A stretch of 64,000 nucleotides of DNA from Patescibacteria group bacterium (GTDB lineage: Bacteria > Patescibacteriota > Patescibacteriia > Buchananbacterales > UBA6539), in the NCBI GenBank assembly GCA_041662625.1, contig JBAZSB010000002.1, positions 85,497 to 149,496 on the forward strand, read 5' to 3'. Within the stretch, counting starts at the first letter, position 1, and the number at the start of each line of letters is the position of its first letter. Under the pieces are notes generated by a model. The model saw only the letters and a list, made by a program, of their open reading frames with translations, searched no databases and had not been told where the DNA came from. Positions 25,518 to 34,166 of this stretch are shown piece after piece. Made by a program: the position numbers and the translations under genes.

Positions 25518-27416
25518 TTATTGACTTGGGGTTTCAACCACTGGCAAATCTTCGGCTGGGGGCGTAGTCTGATCGGTAGGCGTAAGCTCATCAGTACTAG
25601 TCGCCGTCAGCTCTTTACCTACTAGCCAAACTTCTGGCCAGGCGACATAATGACTTTTGAATTCCTGTTCCTTCACCTCACCATTAGGATATGTGACCGT
25701 ATATTTAAAATAAGTATCCGCCCCTTTATGAGCAGTTTCGATCTTTTTCTTTTCACCCGGTTTTAAATCCTCGGTTTCAATGTAGCGTGGCTCACCCGGG
25801 CTAGAAATATTAAATATTGATGGCGGATCAGGGGAAATTTCTATTTGGCGACCGTCTTTGGTGCCATAAAATTCAAAAATCAAAGTGTCACCGGAAATTC
25901 GGGTGGTAAATAAAACGTAATACCCGGTGTCATTGATAAACTTCATATCCGGGGCGGGATTATAAATAGTGGCATCCATGCCTGCGGGTTCGTAATACAC
26001 CACGCGATAAGAATGATTCTGCCGTTTGGTAATCGGCAAGCCGGAATATAAAGCGGCCCGAAAAGTCGTAGTGCCAATCTGGCAAAGACCACCGCCGTAT
26101 TCCGGAATAGTTCGGTCGCCTTTAATAACCAACTCCTGCTTATAGCCATGCTCACCATCAACCGGACCCAAAGCTTTAAGTAAAGAAAACTCTTCATCTG
26201 GTTTAATTAAAATTCCATTTAAACTGGCGGCGCCAACCGCAATATTATGCCGCCGGTTTTTTGGACTGCCGGCAAAATTAGAAGTCCCTCGACCAATTAT
26301 TTCTTTAATCCCTAAATTGGTCACATCAGTATCAGCCGTTTTAATTCTGGCCGGCTGAACAATAACCACTAACTCAATATCTTTGGCTTCGCCAGTAATA
26401 ACTTGGCTGTTAATTTTTTGGTAACTAGCTTCTGAATCCAAAGTTTTGCCATCTTGGCTAGCCTGAAATTCAGTCACCCGGTCGTTTTCTATTTTCATCT
26501 TGCCATCTTGAACTTCAATGTTGACCGCTTCAATAATTGGCTTTAAAAATTCTAAAACTTTATCTTGGTTAAGACCAAGGACCACTTCACCATTAACGAA
26601 CTGAAATTCTAGCCAATTAACCAATTCTTCTTTTTTAATCTCCCACTCCTGAGAATCGGCAATTAATTTTATTGATTCAATGGCTAGAATTTTCTCCAGG
26701 CTATTGACCGCTGAACCAGTCTGGGCTTTTTTGATTTGCGGCTCCTGGAATTTTAATTCGAAACTAATTGGGGAAAAATCCAAATTATTGATGTTTTTTG
26801 CTAATTGTTCAACGGCTTTCTGATATTCAAAAATATAGCCTGATTGCTCGCCAATTACTTCAATTTCTTTGCCTTGGATTTTCAATTGGGCACCAAGGGG
26901 CGGCTTTTCCAAACTAGCAAAGTTGGCTTGTAAAATATTAACTAACTCGGGGTAATTTAAAGAGTAAGAAATTGGGATTTGCTTTTGAAAAACGGCAAGC
27001 TTAAATTGGCTGACCAAATCATTAAATAAATTCCCTGAATGGCCAGCGGCAAAAGCGGAATCCAAAGTTTTTTCCCAGTCAAAAACTAAAATTGGATTGG
27101 CTAAATCCGGATCAGTGGCCGAAACCATAATCGGGTTGATATCCACTTCTTTTCCCGCCGCACTAAATTTCAAACCTTTAGTTTGGACATTGCCCTCAAT
27201 GGCTTTTAGTTGATCTAGTACCTGATCTTTAGTCTGACCGCCAATTTTTAAATAGCCAATTTTCACACCGGGATAGAACCGCTGGGCATAACTAGTTTCG
27301 ACCCAAAAAATTAGGCCGGCACCAACTAAAACTAAAATAAAAAAAGCGGCGGCCACAATTAACCACCCCTTCTTACTTTTAACTTTACCCGATTTATCAA
27401 AAGGTTTATTTGTCAT
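25518..27416 (-). CDS. VanW-family protein with N-terminal TM anchor
   Basis: GGGLCQIGTTTFRAALYSGLPI is the VanW-domain signature. 632 aa. Confidence 0.7.
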   Translation of the reverse strand: MTNKPFDKSGKVKSKKGWLIVAAAFFILVLVGAGLIFWVETSYAQRFYPGVKIGYLKIGGQTKDQVLDQLKAIEGNVQTKGLKFSAAGKEVDINPIMVSATDPDLANPILVFDWEKTLDSAFAAGHSGNLFNDLVSQFKLAVFQKQIPISYSLNYPELVNILQANFASLEKPPLGAQLKIQGKEIEVIGEQSGYIFEYQKAVEQLAKNINNLDFSPISFELKFQEPQIKKAQTGSAVNSLEKILAIESIKLIADSQEWEIKKEELVNWLEFQFVNGEVVLGLNQDKVLEFLKPIIEAVNIEVQDGKMKIENDRVTEFQASQDGKTLDSEASYQKINSQVITGEAKDIELVVIVQPARIKTADTDVTNLGIKEIIGRGTSNFAGSPKNRRHNIAVGAASLNGILIKPDEEFSLLKALGPVDGEHGYKQELVIKGDRTIPEYGGGLCQIGTTTFRAALYSGLPITKRQNHSYRVVYYEPAGMDATIYNPAPDMKFINDTGYYVLFTTRISGDTLIFEFYGTKDGRQIEISPDPPSIFNISSPGEPRYIETEDLKPGEKKKIETAHKGADTYFKYTVTYPNGEVKEQEFKSHYVAWPEVWLVGKELTATSTDELTPTDQTTPPAEDLPVVETPSQ

Positions 27417-27672
27417 TTTCGTTATTGGTTTTTAAAATTTTGTTCAAAATCGTTTTGGCTGTTTTTTCCCGGTCTTCCTGGTCAGTTTTACTGGTGCTTA
27501 AAATAATTCGGACTTTTTGGCCTTTATCAGAATCTTCCGGCAAATTTTTGATTGGCCAAAGCAACTTTTGGCCATCCTCAACTATAATTACGGCCATTTT
27601 ATCCTCAAACCGATCAATCGTCCCTTCAAAAAAATAGCGGTCTTTTGTTTGATCTAAATCATCACTGGTCAT
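27406..27672 (-). CDS. small hypothetical protein (DUF3006-like)
   Basis: 88 aa, acidic. The family call is a weak guess. Confidence 0.35.
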   Translation of the reverse strand: MTSDDLDQTKDRYFFEGTIDRFEDKMAVIIVEDGQKLLWPIKNLPEDSDKGQKVRIILSTSKTDQEDREKTAKTILNKILKTNNENDK

Positions 27673-27673
27673 C

Positions 27674-28126
27674 TTACTCCTCTTTTATTTTGATCGGAAT
27701 ATTTCTTTTCCTTTCAAGCTTAGGTAGGGTAATAGTTAGCACCCCATTTTTTAAAGTTGCTGAAATCTTATCACTTTTTACTTCGGTTGGCAAGATGATC
27801 GAACGGGAAAAGTTGCCCCAGTAACATTCCTGGAAAAAATAGTCTTTTCCATCCACGGCCTGCTCGTGACTCCGACTGCCGCGGATAGTCAGCATGTCGT
27901 TATTAACCGAGATATCCAAATCCTGCGGCCGCACGCCGGCAATGGTTGATTTGATATAAATGTTTTTGTCATCCTGATAAACATCCAAAAGCAGCTGACC
28001 TTCATTTTCTTCATCTAACCAATTTCGGCCAAGTAATGAATCATCTTCATGATAAAAAGCAACTTTCCCCCCGGCCGAAGACTCGTTTTTAGCCAATAAT
28101 TTTTGTTTCTTTTTTAATAACCCCAT
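27674..28126 (-). CDS. Hsp20/alpha-crystallin family small heat-shock protein
   Basis: Alpha-crystallin domain (...DISVNNDMLTIRGSR...GVLTITLPK). Confidence 0.85.
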   Translation of the reverse strand: MGLLKKKQKLLAKNESSAGGKVAFYHEDDSLLGRNWLDEENEGQLLLDVYQDDKNIYIKSTIAGVRPQDLDISVNNDMLTIRGSRSHEQAVDGKDYFFQECYWGNFSRSIILPTEVKSDKISATLKNGVLTITLPKLERKRNIPIKIKEE

Positions 28127-28163
28127 TGTTTTAAATTTTATTGTCCGATTTTATTGCGCTCTT

Positions 28164-28192
28164 ATTATATAAAATTAGGCTAATAAAAGCAA
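28164..28192 (-). promoter_or_regulatory. promoter TTGCTT-N17-TATAAT for hsp20; a 7-bp inverted repeat ACTCGCA..TGCGAGT (28197-28227) lies just upstream
   Basis: Read on the minus strand. The inverted repeat is a possible heat-shock operator but does not match the CIRCE consensus. Confidence 0.4.
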
Positions 28193-28418
28193 GAAAAACT
28201 CGCATCGGCAAAGTGCTTTGGTGCGAGTAAAAGTCAGGAGTTCTCTTCCCTAATCCGTCTTCCCCATGACAAAAATGGCTATCATTTAATCCGGCAAACG
28301 CCCAAAGGAATTCGCATCAACGGTCCAAAGCCGCTAGGGCAATGAGTGACCTGGTAGATCAGGTAGGGATGATATTCGTTTTATCTGGGCTAGGCTGAAT
28401 CTCCAAAATCCCAAGTTC

Positions 28419-28447
28419 TTGACAAAATAAAGAAGGTATGCTATAAT
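28419..28447 (+). promoter_or_regulatory. consensus promoter TTGACA-N17-TATAAT for the PA14/Fn3 surface protein
   Basis: Exact consensus in both hexamers. Confidence 0.6.
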
Positions 28448-28453
28448 TGAATA

Positions 28454-30847
28454 TTGTTAAAATCCATAAATCTTATGACTACATTTAGCCAAAAAATTCA
28501 ATCAAATTTAAGCAAAAAAGTGGTTATGACCCAACTAATTATTATGACGGTCTTAGCCAGTCTTTTGATTCCTACTGGCATACTTTCAGCCGCTAGTCCT
28601 TTGACGATTTCTAATATTAAAATCGTCAATAAGACGGATAAAACCGCCACGATTAGTTGGCAAACTAACCGGCCGGCTTATGCTAAAATCCAGTATGGTC
28701 TCTTTTCCAATGACTATAATTGGACTTTGCAAACCAACCAAAAAACTAGCGAACAAACTATGACCATTTCCGGTCTTTTGTCGGACACGGACTATTTTTT
28801 CCGAATCACGGCTGATGATGATACCAGCGAAGTTATTTCCTTTGAACAAAATTTCACAACCAATAAAGCGGGTGATAGTAAAAGCCCAACCATTTCTGAC
28901 GTCGCCGTTGCCTATACCACTGGCGGGACAGCTACTATCCAATGGCTGACTGATGAAAATGCCACTAGTGAAGTAGTTTATGGTATGACTACCAGCTACG
29001 GCAAAACTAAAACTGATGGCAAATTGGTTAGAGTTCATGATCTAACTTTAACCGGTCTGACTGATGGCACTTACTATCATTTTCAGGTCCGGTCAAAAGA
29101 TGGAGATAGCAACATTTCAAAATGGTATGATATGACTTTTTGGACTAAAGTCACTAATGTCAGTGATAATGATGCATTAATTATTTATGATATTAAACCT
29201 ACCGGTGAAAATGATTCTGGTGTCACTCAGACGACAGCGGTAATTTCCTGGCGGACTAATAAACTCGCGTCAGGCACTGTGCGTTATGGCACCAGTTCTT
29301 CTTTAGGCAAAACTGTCAGCACTAATCCGCCCCGCGACTTCAGCCAATCGGTTACTTTGGCTGACCTAAAAACTGGTACCCTTTATTATTATGAGATTGA
29401 AGTTAAAGACGTTTTGAATAAAAAAGTAAAAACTGAAGGTCATACTTTCGTAACTAAATCCGCCTCCAGCGATGTCGGCGGCTCTGACCAAGAAACACCG
29501 GATTATCCGGGCCAAGTTTTAGGCGCTTCAACCTGCGATGTTAATTTCAAAACTGACATTGGTTTCTATGGCCTTTACTACAACTTAACCTCAAGCCATC
29601 CAGACATGAACCTCTGGCGCGGCAAAGCAATTTCTAATTCCAAAGTTGCCAGAGAAAATGACTGGTATAATGACCAATATTTCAGTTTCAGCCGAGTTGA
29701 CCAAAGAATTGATTTTGGCTCTCGTTTTTTCCCCATTGACGAAGGTAAGCCTGGCGACCCCTATCACTTTGCTGTCAACTGGCGGTCAATCATCAAGGTA
29801 CCAACCGATGGTGATTACACTTATAAACTTACCTCCGATGATGATTCCTGGTTTTTTATCGATGATAAATTAGTTGCTGACTTAAACGGCGTTCATCCGG
29901 CCAAAACTGAAGAAAAATCAGTCCACTTAACCGCCGGCTACCATAAACTAGAAATATATTATGCTGAAAGAAGCAAAAGTGGCGCAGTCTTCACTTTTAA
30001 AGGCGACAGTCGTTTGAGTTTCTACCCTTTACCCGAAGGTTGCAGTATTCAGGATGTCTTAAACTACAATCAATCACTAGGTAGTGGTTCGGGCGGTGGG
30101 GTAGTCTTAGGCGCCACAACTGACGATGATTACCAACTCGGTTACCAGAAAGGTTATACTGACGGCAGAAACGATGGTGACGCTGACAGAAGTTATGATA
30201 ACAAACGTGGTAATACCGGTGATAACAGCGACAGCTACAATCAAGGTTACGAAGCCGGCTATGATGATGGCTACTACAAAAAAGCTTCAACCAATGTTCC
30301 GTCATACGTCTGTAACCCCAACTTAGGTTATACTAAATTCAAGGCTTTATATAAAACCTCCGACAGTCCTGACATTTGGGCAATCCTGGAAACTGGCCAA
30401 AAGCATTACATCACTAGTCCCCAGGCTTTTGCTAAATACCAATGCCAATGGAGCGAAGTCAAAATTGTGTCTCGCTCGGTTTTAAACAGTTATGCCATTG
30501 CCAATTTGGTCCGGACACCAACTAACCCAGTTATCTATCATTTATTTCAACGGCCTGACCATAAATGGCTGAAAATCAATATTCCTTCACCCACAGTTTT
30601 TGTCAGCTATGACAATAACTACTGGGGTAATGTTGCCCGGGTCGACCAGCTGGATATTGACGCCTATCCTAGTGCTAAATTGATCAAAACTGGCAACCAA
30701 TCCCAAGTTTATCTGATTGATGGCAATAAAAAACGCTTGATTAAATCAGCCGCTGTCTTTGAGGCCAATGACTTTGAATGGGCCGAAGTTGTCGCCCTAA
30801 ATCAAATCCACTTCGATTATTACGAAGACGGCCCGGTGCTGGAATAG
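28454..30847 (+). CDS. large surface protein: signal/TM anchor, ~4 fibronectin-III-like repeats, PA14 domain, Gly/Asp/Tyr-rich linker, C-terminal domain
   Basis: Repeated ...T..ISW.TN...(G/A)...YG.(T/S)..YG.T... modules. PA14 hallmarks WYNDQYFSF....GDYTYKLTSDDDSWFFIDDKLVADLNGVH. Confidence 0.7.
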   Translation: MLKSINLMTTFSQKIQSNLSKKVVMTQLIIMTVLASLLIPTGILSAASPLTISNIKIVNKTDKTATISWQTNRPAYAKIQYGLFSNDYNWTLQTNQKTSEQTMTISGLLSDTDYFFRITADDDTSEVISFEQNFTTNKAGDSKSPTISDVAVAYTTGGTATIQWLTDENATSEVVYGMTTSYGKTKTDGKLVRVHDLTLTGLTDGTYYHFQVRSKDGDSNISKWYDMTFWTKVTNVSDNDALIIYDIKPTGENDSGVTQTTAVISWRTNKLASGTVRYGTSSSLGKTVSTNPPRDFSQSVTLADLKTGTLYYYEIEVKDVLNKKVKTEGHTFVTKSASSDVGGSDQETPDYPGQVLGASTCDVNFKTDIGFYGLYYNLTSSHPDMNLWRGKAISNSKVARENDWYNDQYFSFSRVDQRIDFGSRFFPIDEGKPGDPYHFAVNWRSIIKVPTDGDYTYKLTSDDDSWFFIDDKLVADLNGVHPAKTEEKSVHLTAGYHKLEIYYAERSKSGAVFTFKGDSRLSFYPLPEGCSIQDVLNYNQSLGSGSGGGVVLGATTDDDYQLGYQKGYTDGRNDGDADRSYDNKRGNTGDNSDSYNQGYEAGYDDGYYKKASTNVPSYVCNPNLGYTKFKALYKTSDSPDIWAILETGQKHYITSPQAFAKYQCQWSEVKIVSRSVLNSYAIANLVRTPTNPVIYHLFQRPDHKWLKINIPSPTVFVSYDNNYWGNVARVDQLDIDAYPSAKLIKTGNQSQVYLIDGNKKRLIKSAAVFEANDFEWAEVVALNQIHFDYYEDGPVLE

Positions 30848-30896
30848 ATTGACTAAACGACTAGATTAGATTATTATATAATTTGTTAGAATAAAG

Positions 30897-30923
30897 CTAA
30901 AACTGCCACTTGGCAGTTTTAGC
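30897..30923 (+). terminator. 12-bp perfect hairpin GCTAAAACTGCC-ACTT-GGCAGTTTTAGC
   Basis: Read directly. Confidence 0.5.
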
Positions 30924-30946
30924 TTAGAAAATTTGATGCCATGATG

Positions 30947-31031
30947 GCGCCTTCGTCTAGTGGTTAGTGCCGATGTAAAATCGGCATCCCGATTCGCCGC
31001 ATCGGCGGCGACATCGGGAGACACCAGGTTT
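30947..31031 (+). pseudogene. partial duplicate of the tRNA-Glu 5' half (nt 1-22, then a 53-nt structured insert, then nt 24-34)
   Basis: GGCGCCTTCGTCTAGTGGTTAG and ACACCAGGTTT are identical to the intact tRNA-Glu at 31301. The insert TGCCGATGTAAAATCGGCATCCCGATTCGCCGCATCGGCGGCGACATCGGGAG folds into two hairpins. Confidence 0.6.
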
Positions 31032-31037
31032 CTATCT

Positions 31038-31292
31038 ATGTCTCACTTTTACATTCTAAAAACAAATAAACAGAGCTATTATATAGGCAGTACAGATAAT
31101 TTAGAAACTAGATTAAAATATCATCAAGGCGGTAGGGTAAAAAGCACTAAAGATAAATTGCCAATTGAACTAGTTTTTAAAGAATATTACAAAACAAGGG
31201 CCGAAGCGCAAAAAAAAGAATACAAGGTTAAGGGTTGGAAAAGTAAAAAAATGATTGAAAGATTAATTAAACTTGGCCCGCATCAAAAATAA
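31038..31292 (+). CDS. GIY-YIG nuclease family protein (small, ~84 aa), copy 2
   Basis: HFYILKTNKQSYYIGSTDNLETRLKYHQ is the GIY-YIG motif. The ORF-track N-extension (from 30960) lies over the pseudo-tRNA and is rejected. Confidence 0.85.
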   Translation: MSHFYILKTNKQSYYIGSTDNLETRLKYHQGGRVKSTKDKLPIELVFKEYYKTRAEAQKKEYKVKGWKSKKMIERLIKLGPHQK

Positions 31293-31300
31293 AATAATAT

Positions 31301-31375
31301 GGCGCCTTCGTCTAGTGGTTAGGACACCAGGTTTTCATCCTGGTAACAGGGGTCCGATTCCCCTAGGCGCTACCA
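31301..31375 (+). tRNA. tRNA-Glu (anticodon TTC)
   Basis: Hand-folded: acceptor GGCGCCT/AGGCGCT, D-loop AGTGGTTA, anticodon stem CCAGG/CCTGG with loop TTTTCAT, T-arm AGGGG-TCCGATT-CCCCT, encoded CCA. Confidence 0.85.
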
Positions 31376-31439
31376 AAAAAGATTTCCGGACAAAGAAGTC
31401 TTTTTTGTTTAATCGGGTTTTGTAATATAATAAAGTTAT

Positions 31440-32183
31440 ATGAAAAAAATTTATCTGATTATAATCATTTTGCTTATTGCTCTGGGGGTATACCTAAACC
31501 GTTCATATGCTTATATTTATAATGAAATCGGCAGCGCTGATTTGCGTTCGCCCGACAGCCAGCGCACTTATATGATTACTAACACCAACAAAAACCAGGC
31601 TGAACCAATAGTATACGCGGCATTGGGTGACAGCTTGACTGCCGGCGTAGGCACGGACAACTACCAGCAGGCTTACCCGTATTTAGTTGCCACAAAATTG
31701 GCCGAAAGGGGACCGGCAGTGACTTTGAAAGACTTGGCAGTTTCCGGCGCCAATACCAGCGATGTCATCAAAGGCCAGCTAGCCGAAGCTATTGCGAGCA
31801 AGCCAAACATCATTACTTTGCTAATTGGCGTCAATGACATCCACAATAATGTCGGCAAAGCCACTTTTCAAAAAAATTATGAGGAAATCCTGACGCAGCT
31901 GGCCAAAAACACCAGCGCCAAAATTTATGCTATCAGCATTCCTTACATCGGTACCCACAAGCTTTTTCTGTCGCCTTATCAATTATATTTCAACTTCAAA
32001 ACCAAAAAATTCAACGGGGTGATTAAAGAGGTTGCCGCCGCTTATAAAGTCCAATATATAGATATCTATACTCCCACGGTGAACATATTTAAAAAATCAG
32101 GGCCGCACTATTCAGCTGATTTGTTTCATCCTTCAGCTGCCGGCTACAAATTATGGGCGGACATAATCTCCAAATCGCTGTAA
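31440..32183 (+). CDS. SGNH/GDSL-family hydrolase with signal peptide
   Basis: GDSLTAG block and a GVNDI block. Confidence 0.7.
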   Translation: MKKIYLIIIILLIALGVYLNRSYAYIYNEIGSADLRSPDSQRTYMITNTNKNQAEPIVYAALGDSLTAGVGTDNYQQAYPYLVATKLAERGPAVTLKDLAVSGANTSDVIKGQLAEAIASKPNIITLLIGVNDIHNNVGKATFQKNYEEILTQLAKNTSAKIYAISIPYIGTHKLFLSPYQLYFNFKTKKFNGVIKEVAAAYKVQYIDIYTPTVNIFKKSGPHYSADLFHPSAAGYKLWADIISKSL

Positions 32184-32211
32184 AGACGTGGCTGTGCTTT
32201 CAGCGCTGTTC

Positions 32212-32368
32212 TTCCCCCTCACCCACGCCTTGTCATTGCGAGACCCGCGCTTCACTAAGCTAAGGGCGGGTCGAAGCAATCTCTTTGGCTGTGAGATTGC
32301 TTCGTCGCCTTGCCATCATCGCGACACTCCTCGCAATGACAATAGAAAAACGGAGGGAGAGGGGGAGC
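32212..32368. repeat. ~155-bp GC-rich palindromic mini-element (outer CCCCCTCACC / GAGGGAGAGGGGG ends, 13-bp TTGTCATTGCGAG inverted repeat, three internal hairpins)
   Basis: TTGTCATTGCGAG 32230-32242 pairs with CTCGCAATGACAA 32330-32342. Internal stems GACCCGC/GCGGGTC, GAAGCAATCTC/GAGATTGCTTC (11 bp) and GTCGC/GCGAC. Confidence 0.55.
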
Positions 32369-32442
32369 TAAAAATAAGCTTTTGGCAAAACTTAAGATAA
32401 AAGGGAAGTTAAGCAAGACGCTATACTTAAGTTTCCCCTCCC

Positions 32443-32480
32443 CCCTTGTGGGGGAGGGTTAGGGAGAGGGGGAAGCAAAG
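32443..32480. repeat. GC-rich hairpin element (CCCCTCCCCCC-TTGT-GGGGGAGGG-TTAG-GGAGAGGGGG); same family as 456-500
   Basis: Read directly. Its end GGGAGAGGGGGAAGC matches 32352-32367. Confidence 0.5.
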
Positions 32481-32490
32481 AAAACACTCT

Positions 32491-33639
32491 ATGACCCTAT
32501 CAATCACTGACGCAATTCTATCCACCCAGATATTTACCGTAATTTTTTTACTGTTTGTCTTGGCGTCGGTCAAAGCCAGAAAAGACAACCAAATATTTCC
32601 CTTGGCCACAACCCACGAACTCAAAGGCCTGGCGATTTTAATGGTGGTGTTTTCCCACATCGGCTATTTTTTGACAAGCGACCACCAATTTCTGTTTCCG
32701 CTTTCCATTGCCGCGGGCGTGGGCGTCAATTTATTTTTGTTTTTGTCCGGCTACGGCCTGGCTGTCTCTAACCAGCACAAGCCGCAGACCATCGGCCAAT
32801 TCTACGGCCGCCGCTTAATTCGGCTGCTTCTACCCGTCTGGATTGTTTTGACGATCTTTTTTTTGCTGGATTATTTTATTCTGCATCTTGCCTACGGCAG
32901 CCAATATATTGCCCAGTCGTTCCTTGGCTATTTTCCCACCGCCGACCTATACCACGACATTGATTCGCCGCTTTGGTATTTTACCCTGATTTTATTTTAC
33001 TATCTTATTTTCCCGATATTTTACAGCCGCCGGCGGCCCTGGCTTAGCGCGGCAATAATTTATTTGCTGTCTTATTTTATAATTTTGTGGCAGCCGCCGG
33101 CTTTGCAAAATGTCTTAGGCTTATACAAAGTCCATTTTGCCGCTTTCCCTTTGGGCATCGCCTTTGCCTGGCTGCTGTCTAAGCCGGATTGGTTTAAACT
33201 TAGCTGGCTGAAAAAAATGCTGTGGCGTTTTAAAAAGCCATCGCTGGACAAACTGATTGTAAAATCTTTCGGCTATGCCGGCTATTACGCTTTATTTGCC
33301 GTGCTGCTTGCCGTGACCGCTTACACCGCTTACTATTCCAACATCGGCGGCGGCATGTTTAAAGAACAGCTAACCAGCTTAATTACCATGTCAGCGATCG
33401 TACTGCTATTTTTAATCAAGAAATTTGAGTTTAAACTGTTCGCCCTTTTCGGCACATTCTCCTATGAAATTTATCTGCTCCACTGGCCGGCCATGTCCCG
33501 CTACAATATTTTTTTCACCCTTCTGCCGTCCTGGCTGGCAGTCACATTATACCTAGCAATCTTTCTAGCCCTCGGCTGGCTTTTGCACCGCCTGACAGGC
33601 TGGGCGTTGCGTAAAGTGATGCCAAAGGCTCGGGCTTGA
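32491..33639 (+). CDS. acyltransferase family 3 (membrane O-acyltransferase) protein
   Basis: Start at MTLSITD; the ORF-track start at 32446 lies inside the hairpin element. LKGLAILMVVFSHIGYF is typical of the family. Confidence 0.65.
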   Translation: MTLSITDAILSTQIFTVIFLLFVLASVKARKDNQIFPLATTHELKGLAILMVVFSHIGYFLTSDHQFLFPLSIAAGVGVNLFLFLSGYGLAVSNQHKPQTIGQFYGRRLIRLLLPVWIVLTIFFLLDYFILHLAYGSQYIAQSFLGYFPTADLYHDIDSPLWYFTLILFYYLIFPIFYSRRRPWLSAAIIYLLSYFIILWQPPALQNVLGLYKVHFAAFPLGIAFAWLLSKPDWFKLSWLKKMLWRFKKPSLDKLIVKSFGYAGYYALFAVLLAVTAYTAYYSNIGGGMFKEQLTSLITMSAIVLLFLIKKFEFKLFALFGTFSYEIYLLHWPAMSRYNIFFTLLPSWLAVTLYLAIFLALGWLLHRLTGWALRKVMPKARA

Positions 33640-33712
33640 TTAAAAATAACTTAATCAGAACTATCAAAAAACCGCTAGCATTTCTTGATCTACCGGCTTA
33701 AAGGCAGAGGAA

Positions 33713-33741
33713 TTGACAAAAATAGTTATTCATGCTATCAT
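33713..33741 (+). promoter_or_regulatory. promoter TTGACA-N17-TATCAT with a ~150-nt leader for the cold-shock protein gene
   Basis: Read directly. Confidence 0.5.
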
Positions 33742-33894
33742 GTCTTTAAGGTCAATTAACCGCACTACCAAACCTCCTGCGTTTAGGGGGTTTAAAATTT
33801 GCTGGTTTATTGGCTGAATATAGTAAGCGTAGAAATGAAGTCGAATTTCTAGCTTGGACTATATAGTCTAATTCACTTTTTTTCTACATCTATT

Positions 33895-34092
33895 ATGCAA
33901 GGAACAATCAAAAAACTGACTGACAAAAACTTCGGTTTTATCAGCCAAGACGGCGAACAGAAAGATTTATTCTTTCACGCCAATGAAGTGGTTGGGACTG
34001 ATTTCAGTTCACTCAGAGAAGGCGATACCGTGACTTTCGAAGTCAAAGATACGCCAAAAGGCCCGGCCGCGACTCAAGTTCAGAAGGCCTAA
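33895..34092 (+). CDS. cspA: cold-shock protein (CspA family)
   Basis: GTIKKLTDKNFGFISQDGEQKDLFFHANEV carries the RNP motifs. Confidence 0.9.
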   Translation: MQGTIKKLTDKNFGFISQDGEQKDLFFHANEVVGTDFSSLREGDTVTFEVKDTPKGPAATQVQKA

Positions 34093-34110
34093 ATTCTCTT
34101 CTAAATAACA

Positions 34111-34166
34111 GTCACAAAAAATCGCCCCGAGTTCATCGAGGGGCGATTTTTTGCTATACTGATGCT
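34111..34166 (+). terminator. terminator hairpin (AAATCGCCCC..GGGGCGATTT followed by T-run), copy A of a duplicated ~55-bp terminator/-10 cassette
   Basis: About 90% identical to 42349-42404. TATACT lies 6-7 nt before the next gene's ATG. Confidence 0.6.

Noticed and set aside
28127-28260. CIRCE (HrcA) operator upstream of hsp20
   Set aside because: The inverted repeat ACTCGCA-N17-TGCGAGT is present, but its sequence does not match TTAGCACTC-N9-GAGTGCTAA.
30960-31037. N-terminal extension of the GIY-YIG ORF in the ORF track (MVSADVKSASRF...)
   Set aside because: The extension reads through the partial tRNA-Glu copy and its hairpin insert. The conserved GIY-YIG protein starts at the ATG at 31038, the same length as the first copy.
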